NCBI GenBank assembly: GCA_038062455.1
Contig: JBBTXE010000001.1
Span: 186,371 to 250,370 of the forward strand
Source: Patescibacteria group bacterium
Lineage (GTDB): Bacteria > Patescibacteriota > Microgenomatia > UBA12405
Direction: 5' to 3'
Length of the DNA: 64,000 nucleotides
Below are positions 1 to 7,650 of this stretch, one piece after another. The position numbers and the translations under genes are program-made. The notes below the pieces were generated by a model. The model did not search any database. It was not told the origin of the DNA and saw only the letters and a list, made by a program, of their open reading frames with translations. Position 1 is the first letter of the stretch, and every line of letters begins with the position of its first letter.

Positions 1-26
1 TCTTTCCAAGAAAAAGCAGGAATAAT

Positions 27-338
27 ATGTCTCAAGCAGTCACCACCAAAGATTTTAAATCCAAAGTTTTGGATTTTAAAGGCAAAGTCCTGGTCGATTT
101 TTGGGCCACCTGGTGTGGTCCCTGTCAGATGTTAGCTCCGATAATCGATGAAATCGCTGCCGAAGTTTCACCGGATAAAGTCAAGGTAGTTAAGGTCGAC
201 GTTGACAAGCAACAGGCCTTAGCCTCCGAACACGGAGTTGTTTCCATCCCCACCGTTTTAATTTTCGACCACGGTCAAAAAGTAGTTTCTTTGGTCGGTT
301 TCCGACAAAAACAAGAATATCTTCAAGCTTTGGGCTAA
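27..338 (+). CDS. trxA: Thioredoxin
   Basis: 103 aa; active site FWATWCGPCQ; typical thioredoxin length. Confidence 0.9.
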   Translation: MSQAVTTKDFKSKVLDFKGKVLVDFWATWCGPCQMLAPIIDEIAAEVSPDKVKVVKVDVDKQQALASEHGVVSIPTVLIFDHGQKVVSLVGFRQKQEYLQALG

Positions 339-347
339 AATACAAGC

Positions 348-1340
348 GTGAACCTCTCTGCCGTAAAAAATTATCTCCAATCTCTGTCATTGCCTGCCTT
401 TCGCCAACGTCAAATTACCAAAAACTATTTTTCCGGCCGCTTCCTCAATTTTTCCTCAATGACTGACATTCCCCTCAGTCTTCGTGCTGACCTTGATTTA
501 AAGTTTTCCCTGCTTTCAGTCAAAGAAGAAAATGTTCTTGCCTCCACTGATTCAAAAAAAGCTCTTTTGTCCCTTAGCGATGGTCAAAAGATTGAAACTG
601 TCCTTTTGGATTACCACGACTGGTTAAGTGTCTGTGCCAGCACTCAAGTCGGTTGCCTGCTTGGTTGCAAATTCTGCGCCACCGGCAAAATGGGATTTAT
701 TCGAAACCTAACAGAGGAGGAAATTATCGATCAAATCATTTATTGGAATCATAAACTTTACCCCAAATATGTCGGCCGGATTGCATTTATGGGTATGGGT
801 GAACCCTTCTTAAATTGGGATAATCTAATTGTCGCTCTAAACTTAATTAGATCTAAAAATGGGCTAAATTTAGGCAGCCGCAAAATCAGTATTTCCACCG
901 CCGGCATCGTTCCCCGCATCTATGATTTTGCCGATTTAAACACCGAAATCAATCTGGCCATCTCCCTTCACTCCGCCATCCAATCCACTAGAGAATCGTT
1001 AATGCCGATTGCTCAAAAATATCCCTTATCCGATTTAACTAAATCTCTTTACTATTACACCCAAAAGACCCACCGTCAGCTCTTTTTGGAATATGCCCCG
1101 ATTGCCGATATTAATGATACTCAAAAGGAAATTGATGCTCTTATTAAACTTCTCTTCTCCGATAAATTATTTTTCTTAAACTTAATTCCTCTCAATCCGG
1201 TCAAAGGCGGTCTTATACCTTCATCAAAAATAAATAAAATCGAAAAACAGCTTAAAGAATCCGGGGTTGATTATTCCCTTCGCCACTCCCTTGGCCAGTC
1301 GATTAATTCCGCCTGTGGTCAATTGGCCACTGCTTCCTGA
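348..1340 (+). CDS. rlmN: Radical-SAM 23S rRNA/tRNA adenine-C2 methyltransferase (RlmN/Cfr family)
   Basis: GTG start; CX3CX2C cluster motif GCLLGCKFCATG; C-terminal SACGQL typical of RlmN. Confidence 0.85.
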   Translation: MNLSAVKNYLQSLSLPAFRQRQITKNYFSGRFLNFSSMTDIPLSLRADLDLKFSLLSVKEENVLASTDSKKALLSLSDGQKIETVLLDYHDWLSVCASTQVGCLLGCKFCATGKMGFIRNLTEEEIIDQIIYWNHKLYPKYVGRIAFMGMGEPFLNWDNLIVALNLIRSKNGLNLGSRKISISTAGIVPRIYDFADLNTEINLAISLHSAIQSTRESLMPIAQKYPLSDLTKSLYYYTQKTHRQLFLEYAPIADINDTQKEIDALIKLLFSDKLFFLNLIPLNPVKGGLIPSSKINKIEKQLKESGVDYSLRHSLGQSINSACGQLATAS

Positions 1341-1353
1341 TAAAATACTCTAA

Positions 1354-2325
1354 ATGCTTATCGATGAAACCAGAATTACCATCAAAGCCGGCAACGGCGG
1401 CGATGGTCTGGCCCATCTCTATCATGATGCCCAGCGTCCTAAAGGCGGCCCTGATGGTGGTAAAGGCGGCGATGGTGGCAGTGTCTTTTTTAAGGCCGTT
1501 TCCGATATCGGCCGACTATCCCAATTCCGCTTTAAAAGAATCTTTGAAGCCGAAAATGGCGATCCCGGTGGAGTAAATCAGAAATCCGGTAAAAATGGTC
1601 GGGATTTGGTGATCGAAGTTCCCATTGGTTCAGTCATAAATTACGACAACGGTACCGGTGTTGAATTAACCCAAGTCGGTCAAACCTATTTGGCCGCCCA
1701 AGGTGGTAAGGGTGGCTGGGGCAACTATCACTTTAGAAGCGCTACCAACCAAACTCCCAAAGAGTTTAAAATCGGCTTTAAAACCGCCACCCGAAATATT
1801 TTTATTCAGTTAAAACTTATCGCCGATGTCGGCTTAATCGGTCTCCCCAACGCCGGCAAAACCAGTCTCTTAAATGAGTTGACCTCCGCCAACGCCAAGG
1901 TCGCCAATTATGCTTTTACCACTCTCGAACCTAATCTGGGAGTCATGAAAAACGGTAAAATTATGGCTGATATTCCGGGGTTAATCGAAGGAGCCGCTGA
2001 TGGTAAAGGTTTAGGTTACAAGTTCTTAAAACACATTGAACGCACCCAAATATTAATTCATTGTCTTTCTGCTGAATCGTCGTCACCCAAAACTGACTAC
2101 CAAGTAATCCGTCAGGAACTTAAAAACTATAATTCAGTTTTAATTGAAAAACCGGAGATTTTAATCTTAACTAAATCAGATTTACTCTCTCCTTTTCAGA
2201 TCAAAAAAATCACCAAACTACTTCCCGTCAAACTGGCAGTTTCCATTATCGATGATTCCAGCCTCAAGAAACTCAATGACTTAATTACGCTATCGCTTTC
2301 TTCATCTTCTCCCAATCCTTCTTAA
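1354..2325 (+). CDS. obg: GTPase Obg
   Basis: Glycine-rich Obg fold (GNGGDG, GGKGGDGGSVFF); G1 motif GLPNAGKTSLL; DIPGLIEGA. Confidence 0.9.
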   Translation: MLIDETRITIKAGNGGDGLAHLYHDAQRPKGGPDGGKGGDGGSVFFKAVSDIGRLSQFRFKRIFEAENGDPGGVNQKSGKNGRDLVIEVPIGSVINYDNGTGVELTQVGQTYLAAQGGKGGWGNYHFRSATNQTPKEFKIGFKTATRNIFIQLKLIADVGLIGLPNAGKTSLLNELTSANAKVANYAFTTLEPNLGVMKNGKIMADIPGLIEGAADGKGLGYKFLKHIERTQILIHCLSAESSSPKTDYQVIRQELKNYNSVLIEKPEILILTKSDLLSPFQIKKITKLLPVKLAVSIIDDSSLKKLNDLITLSLSSSSPNPS

Positions 2326-2656
2326 GATATTTGCTTAGTTTTTCCATCCCATCCTTAGTCACCGTTAAATCCGATTTAAACTCTCCCACCACCTCATCCA
2401 CCACCTTTCCATACTTTTCTCCGTCAATTGATTCACCGGCCTTTTTAATTGCCAACACCTTTTTTTCTACTGCTTCTTTGACTTTATTATATTTGTCTCT
2501 AAATTCCTCACTATAAATCCCAAAAATATCCCGTATCTTGGCAACTATTTCGTCTCTGGTTTCCTTCCCGGCCTTCGGGGCCAGTAGTATTCCGCCGATC
2601 ACTCCGGCTAAAATCCCCAATAACCCTGCTGTAAACCTGCCACCATTTTTTGTCAT
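2285..2656 (-). CDS. YtxH-like membrane-anchored protein
   Basis: 123 aa; N-terminal Gly-rich TM (AGLLGILAGVIGGILLAPKAGKETR) followed by a charged helical region, the YtxH pattern. Overlaps the obg 3' end by 41 nt (convergent). Confidence 0.6.
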   Translation of the reverse strand: MTKNGGRFTAGLLGILAGVIGGILLAPKAGKETRDEIVAKIRDIFGIYSEEFRDKYNKVKEAVEKKVLAIKKAGESIDGEKYGKVVDEVVGEFKSDLTVTKDGMEKLSKYLKKDWEKMKKAIA

Positions 2657-2677
2657 ATAAACAGTCTATCAGATTCT

Positions 2678-3571
2678 TTACTTCATTCCCACTATTACTC
2701 TTTCATTCCAATGCCGGTCGGTTTTAACCGTCAGTTCTAAAAATACTTTTCTCCCGCTCATCAGTTCCAGCTCTTTTCGGGCGTTAAAGCCGATTTCTTT
2801 GATCTTTTGGCCGTTTCTACCAATAATCATTTTTTTATATTTATCGGCATTGGTATAAATTGAGGCGGCAATATAAATTAATTTCTTTTTATCCTCGACT
2901 TTTTCTACCTCGACAAAAACCGTGTAAGGTAACTCATCCCGTAAAAATAAGTAAGCTTTCTCTCTAATAATTTCTTCGATATACTCCTTTGAGCTCATCG
3001 CTGTCAGTGGTCTGATCTCGGCACACATTGCCTCAATACTTTCCTTTGTCCCCCTATTTATATTTGCCGGCAACAATTCAAAAATTTCGATTAATAATTG
3101 TTTGATATTTTTCGACTTAATAGCGCTAATAGCCACAGTTCGGTCAAATTCATCTTCCAGATAGTTGTAATCCGGCAGATGATTTTTCGAACCTATGGCT
3201 TTATCAATTTTGTTATAAACCAAAATCTTTTTACACTTCATCTTGCGCATCAAGCCCAATATCTTATTTTCCTCTTCATTTTTGGGGCGGGAAATATCGA
3301 CGAGAGTTACTATCAAATCAGCCTTGGCCAATTCCCGCGGCACTTCCTCATTGACTCTCTTGGATAACAAATCCTCAACTTTCCCGATTAATCCCGGAGT
3401 ATCGACAAACATTATTTTGCCCCGCTCATCCGAATAAACCACCGCCTGGCTTCGACGGGTGGTTTGGGGTAGCGGTGAGGTAATCGCCACCTTTTGGTTT
3501 ACGATGGTATTAAGCAATGTCGACTTGCCTGTATTCGGCCGTCCCACAATGGCCACCTTTCCGTATTTCAT
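2678..3571 (-). CDS. era: GTPase Era
   Basis: G1 GRPNTGKSTLLN, G3 DTPGL, NKID; C-terminal KH-like region (IIGRNGQKIKEIG). Confidence 0.9.
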   Translation of the reverse strand: MKYGKVAIVGRPNTGKSTLLNTIVNQKVAITSPLPQTTRRSQAVVYSDERGKIMFVDTPGLIGKVEDLLSKRVNEEVPRELAKADLIVTLVDISRPKNEEENKILGLMRKMKCKKILVYNKIDKAIGSKNHLPDYNYLEDEFDRTVAISAIKSKNIKQLLIEIFELLPANINRGTKESIEAMCAEIRPLTAMSSKEYIEEIIREKAYLFLRDELPYTVFVEVEKVEDKKKLIYIAASIYTNADKYKKMIIGRNGQKIKEIGFNARKELELMSGRKVFLELTVKTDRHWNERVIVGMK

Positions 3572-3633
3572 TGGTGTATTCTACCCTACTTTCTTCATTG
3601 ACACTTAGCACCTCTAGTGCTAGACTGCTAATT

Positions 3634-5961
3634 ATGCCCGATGAGAGAAAATATTTACCCCTAATCCCTCTGCGTAACGTAGTCTTATTTCCTTCAGTTG
3701 AAACCTCGCTCTTTTTTGGCCGCAAAGAATCCAGTAATTCACTATTAGAAGCCTACGACAAACACAACCATTTATGTATTATTACCGCCCAGCGGAATTC
3801 CACCACCGACAAACCGGCACTCAAAGATATCTACACCGTGGCCATTTTGGCCCGCATTGAACACATTTTGCAAACCGATGGCAGTCTCCATGCTATCGTC
3901 AGGGGTCTCTCCCGGGTCAATATATTAGGTTTTGTCCAAACCGATCCCTTTATAATGGCCGAATATACCGATACACCCATTATTTCCGAGTTGGCCTCCG
4001 ATATTCAGCAATCGGCTGAAGCTCTTCTTTCCCAGTTAAAAAAAGCTTTTTCTCTTGGCCGACAATTTGATCTTCCGGCCATGATGCAGCTATCAACCGG
4101 CGTTTCTTCTTCCGACCTTGCCGACCAGGTTTCCTTTTCCGTCGAGGCTAAACTGCCGGAAAAACAAAAACTTCTGGAGACTCTTTTAGTATCAGAGCGT
4201 CTCAAGACCGCCACCGAACTACTGATTCGGGAAATGAAAGTCGCCGATCTCGAGCGTTCTATCGAAGAAAAAACTCAACAAAAATTCAATTCCACCATGA
4301 AAAGAAATGTATTAGAGGAACGCAAACACCAAATTGAACAGGAGTTAAAAAAATTGGGGAAAGAAGGGGATAGTGAATTTAGCGATTTGGAACACAAATT
4401 AAAAAAAGCTCAAATGCCTGCCGATGTCAAAAAGAAAGTTCTCAAAGAATACCACCGTCTGACCCAAATGGGTCCCATGTCTCCCGAAAGCAGTTACATT
4501 CGAACCTATCTCGAAATCATTGTTGAACTCCCTTGGGGGAAATATGATAAATCCGATCTCTCGGTCAAAAAATCAGCCAGTATCTTAAATCATGATCATT
4601 ACGGACTCAAAGAAGTCAAAGAAAGGATTTTAGAATATCTATCGGTTTTAAAACTAAAAAAAGAATCCGGTGACGACACTCAAACTGCCAACATTTTATG
4701 TTTTATTGGTCCTCCCGGAGTCGGCAAGACCTCTCTTGGCCGCTCAATAGCGCAAGCTATGGGTCGCCACTTTGTCCGGGCCTCTCTGGGTGGTATTCGT
4801 GACGAAGCCGAAATCCGTGGCCACCGCCGAACCTATGTTGGCGCTATGGCCGGTCGGATTGTCAATGGTATCAAAGACGCCAAGTCTATGAATCCCGTTT
4901 TTATGCTCGACGAGGTGGACAAAATCGGCGCTGATTACCGCGGCGACCCCAGTGCCGCCCTGCTGGAAGCTCTTGATCCCGAACAAAATAAAGACTTCAC
5001 CGACCACTATCTCGATTTTCCCCTCGACCTCTCCAAAGTCTTTTTTATTCTTACCGGCAACGATGCCTCATCGGTTCCTTATGCCCTGCGGGATCGTCTG
5101 GAAATAATTAATTTCTCCGGCTATACCCAGGAGGAAAAATACCATATTGCCGATCAATATTTAATCAAGAAAGAATTAAAAGCCAATGGATTAAAGACTT
5201 CTCAAATTTCCCCCTTCAAACCCGACACTCTCCGCTACCTTATCGACAAATATACCCGTGAAGCCGGTGTCCGTCATCTGGAACGGACCATTGCTACTCT
5301 TTTCCGCAAAGCCGCCAAAAAAATTGTGGCTGGCAATGTCAAAAAAGTTGATGTCAACGACCGCCCCCTTCTTCAAAAGTTTTTAGGCCCGGAAAAATTT
5401 TCATCCCAGCTCAAGGGCAAAAAAGACGAAGTAGGTGTCTCAACCGGACTGGCTTGGACCTCTGTTGGCGGTGATATTCTCTTTATCGAGGTAAATATCA
5501 TGCCCGGAAAAGGCCAGCTGACATTGACTGGTAAACTCGGCTCTGTCATGAAAGAATCCTGTCAGGCTGCTCTCTCCTTTGTCCGTTCCCAAGCCAAGGA
5601 GTGGGGGATTAAGGTTGATTTTCACAAAATTGATATTCATATCCATGTTCCCGAGGGTGCCACCCCCAAGGATGGCCCTTCCGCCGGTGGCGCCATCACC
5701 ACTGCCCTTATTTCCGCTCTCAAAAACCATCCTGTCCCCCGTCACATTGGCATGACCGGCGAAATAACTCTTCGGGGGAATATTCTGGAAATTGGCGGAC
5801 TTAAGGAAAAATCTATTGCCGCTCATCGGGCCGGACTAACCACTATTTTTATCCCCAAAGATAATCAGAAATCATTAGTTGAAATTCCTTCCGAAGTTAA
5901 AAAAACTATCAAATTTATCCCCGTTTCCCACTATTCCGAAATTTACAAAAAGATTTTTTAG
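3634..5961 (+). CDS. lon: ATP-dependent Lon protease
   Basis: ORF track starts at 3517, which overlaps era. I prefer ATG 3634 ([20 protein letters not shown], a Lon N-domain start). Walker [10 protein letters not shown]; protease Ser motif KDGPSAG. Confidence 0.9.
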   Translation: MPDERKYLPLIPLRNVVLFPSVETSLFFGRKESSNSLLEAYDKHNHLCIITAQRNSTTDKPALKDIYTVAILARIEHILQTDGSLHAIVRGLSRVNILGFVQTDPFIMAEYTDTPIISELASDIQQSAEALLSQLKKAFSLGRQFDLPAMMQLSTGVSSSDLADQVSFSVEAKLPEKQKLLETLLVSERLKTATELLIREMKVADLERSIEEKTQQKFNSTMKRNVLEERKHQIEQELKKLGKEGDSEFSDLEHKLKKAQMPADVKKKVLKEYHRLTQMGPMSPESSYIRTYLEIIVELPWGKYDKSDLSVKKSASILNHDHYGLKEVKERILEYLSVLKLKKESGDDTQTANILCFIGPPGVGKTSLGRSIAQAMGRHFVRASLGGIRDEAEIRGHRRTYVGAMAGRIVNGIKDAKSMNPVFMLDEVDKIGADYRGDPSAALLEALDPEQNKDFTDHYLDFPLDLSKVFFILTGNDASSVPYALRDRLEIINFSGYTQEEKYHIADQYLIKKELKANGLKTSQISPFKPDTLRYLIDKYTREAGVRHLERTIATLFRKAAKKIVAGNVKKVDVNDRPLLQKFLGPEKFSSQLKGKKDEVGVSTGLAWTSVGGDILFIEVNIMPGKGQLTLTGKLGSVMKESCQAALSFVRSQAKEWGIKVDFHKIDIHIHVPEGATPKDGPSAGGAITTALISALKNHPVPRHIGMTGEITLRGNILEIGGLKEKSIAAHRAGLTTIFIPKDNQKSLVEIPSEVKKTIKFIPVSHYSEIYKKIF

Positions 5962-6003
5962 TAAATTTGACAAAATGTCTTAAGTTATCTATCCTAAAAT
6001 CAG

Positions 6004-7491
6004 GTGAATTTCAAAAAAAATCGTCAACCAGAAATTAGCTTGTTTCTCCTTTTTCTTCTAGCGATTGCCCTCCCTTTTTCATTTAAAGCCTCAAGGAATG
6101 TTGCTAATGTTTATCAATATGCAACTAATCCCCTTGGCGTTGCCACTACCACCCCCCTTCCAACTTTGGGGTTAGGGGAACTAAATAACATAAAAATCTT
6201 TATCACCGATCCGATCTATTCCACCGCTACATCCCCAAATTTTACTCGGGTTACCTTTCATGTTACCGGTATTGGAGTTTCCAGTTTTAATTCACTCACC
6301 GGTAAATATTACTATGGTAGTACTCCTAAAACATTTACCTTGACTAAGGTTGGAACAGAGTTATCCGGCCGGATTGATTTATATGGCCCCGACATTATTG
6401 AGTTTTACAGCCCCAATGGGCTTTATCTTGCCTCTCTTTGTCTGGCAACCAACATGTATGGCATTAATCAAGGTGATTATCTCTATGGTCCTAAATGCGG
6501 CAGCGTCGCCAATGTTCGTATTTTTTACAATTATCCCAACTATATATATAAAAATAAACTATCAGCTGTTGCCTATTCACTTCCCTACACCAAAATTCAA
6601 ACTCCTTCATTTAAACCTACAAACGTATTTTTTATTCTCCAAAGCCCAACCGGTTTTACCAACGTCGAACCATGGATTACTCCAAACAATTCCTCTATGT
6701 GTAGCCAACCGACAGCTAAAATGATGGTTTTCAGCTCTTTTGAAGACACTTCACCTCAATATTACGATCTTATTAATGCCTATTCCTGCATGTTTCGAAC
6801 CCCCTATGGCCAACCCTTAAATGAATTTATATTTAACAATAAATATTTAACCATCCTACCCTGGTTCGGTCCTACTCCATCTCCGATTCCTACAATTACT
6901 CCAACCCCTACTCCCACTCCAACCTCAATACCTACACCGACACCACAACAATTTATTAAAGTTGACGCCCCCAATGGTGGTGAAATTTTGACTGTCGGCT
7001 CAACTACCACAATTATTTGGTCCTCCGTCGGTATAACGTTAGTCAGCCTTGATTTGATTGATCAATCCGGTTTTGGTTCTGGTATTGCCCTGAACATTTC
7101 GTCTGTTCCCAATACTCTCACTTGGGTCGTTCAAAAAACCTACCACCAACCCAATCAATCCTGGTTCAAAATTCGAATTATCGGTGACCAGAATCCAAAC
7201 ATATCCGATCTATCCGATGATTATTTTACTATCAATAGCATTCTTCCTACACCAACCAATACCCCAATTCCCACAAGTACTCTTACACCTACCCCAAGAC
7301 CATCCAATATTCCTACTCTAACCCTTTCTCCCACCAAGCGTCCAACCCCCACTCCCACAAGGCGTCCTACACCTACTCCCACCATTAGAATTGGTCGCTG
7401 CGGTACTGCTTATCTTCGTTACTGCGCACTGCGGCATATGCTTTGCCAAAGAATAAACAACCGTGACACCTGCGTTCCCTATAAAAAATAG
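6004..7491 (+). CDS. Secreted protein with Pro/Thr-rich linkers and a Cys-rich C-terminus
   Basis: GTG start; N-terminal signal/TM (ISLFLLFLLAIALPF). Two PT linkers (PTPSPIPTITPTPTPTPTSIPTPTP; PTPTNTPIPTSTLTPTPRPS...RRPTPTPT) flank a beta-sandwich-like module (APNGGEILTVGSTTTIIWSS...DDYFTI). Four Cys in the last 30 aa. Confidence 0.6.
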   Translation: MNFKKNRQPEISLFLLFLLAIALPFSFKASRNVANVYQYATNPLGVATTTPLPTLGLGELNNIKIFITDPIYSTATSPNFTRVTFHVTGIGVSSFNSLTGKYYYGSTPKTFTLTKVGTELSGRIDLYGPDIIEFYSPNGLYLASLCLATNMYGINQGDYLYGPKCGSVANVRIFYNYPNYIYKNKLSAVAYSLPYTKIQTPSFKPTNVFFILQSPTGFTNVEPWITPNNSSMCSQPTAKMMVFSSFEDTSPQYYDLINAYSCMFRTPYGQPLNEFIFNNKYLTILPWFGPTPSPIPTITPTPTPTPTSIPTPTPQQFIKVDAPNGGEILTVGSTTTIIWSSVGITLVSLDLIDQSGFGSGIALNISSVPNTLTWVVQKTYHQPNQSWFKIRIIGDQNPNISDLSDDYFTINSILPTPTNTPIPTSTLTPTPRPSNIPTLTLSPTKRPTPTPTRRPTPTPTIRIGRCGTAYLRYCALRHMLCQRINNRDTCVPYKK

Positions 7492-7513
7492 AGTAAATAA
7501 TTTAGAGAATCCT

Positions 7514-7558
7514 ATCCCTGTCGGATACTTAAGTGAAATTTACAAAAAGATATTCTAA
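7514..7558 (+). repeat. Relic copy of the lon 3' end ([14 protein letters not shown])
   Basis: Reads in frame as [14 protein letters not shown]-stop, versus the lon C-terminus [14 protein letters not shown]-stop at 5917..5961. 17-nt exact core GAAATTTACAAAAAGAT (5938..5954 and 7535..7551). Confidence 0.7.
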
Positions 7559-7560
7559 CC

Positions 7561-7644
7561 CGTCATTGCGAGGGTAATACCAAAGCAATCACCACATTGT
7601 GGTATACGACTATATTAAGATTGCCACGCTTCGCTCGCAATGAC
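7561..7644. repeat. Imperfect palindromic element (GTCATTGCGAG...CTCGCAATGAC) between convergent genes
   Basis: Left arm cgtcattgcgagggtaataccaaagcaatc (7561..7590). Inner palindrome accacattgtggt. Right arm gattgccacgcttcgctcgcaatgac (7619..7644), the imperfect reverse complement of the left arm. Sits 6 nt from the argS stop, so it could act as a bidirectional terminator. Confidence 0.7.
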
Positions 7645-7650
7645 AAAAAC

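Noticed and set aside
3517-3633. N-terminal extensions in the ORF track for lon, comM, secA, the HAD gene 29247, Bro-N 34890, ftsE 44971, envC 46506, GT2 48326, 53989, 57074, GT4 61322 and 22611.
   Set aside because: The extensions overlap upstream genes or terminators and encode non-conserved, odd sequence. An internal ATG coincides with the conserved family N-terminus or with an ATGA/overlap coupling site.
6880-7385. Repetitive CCNACN stretches that could be mistaken for a tandem-repeat or CRISPR-like array.
   Set aside because: They are in frame and encode Pro/Thr linkers of a secreted protein. There is no repeat-spacer periodicity and there are no cas genes.
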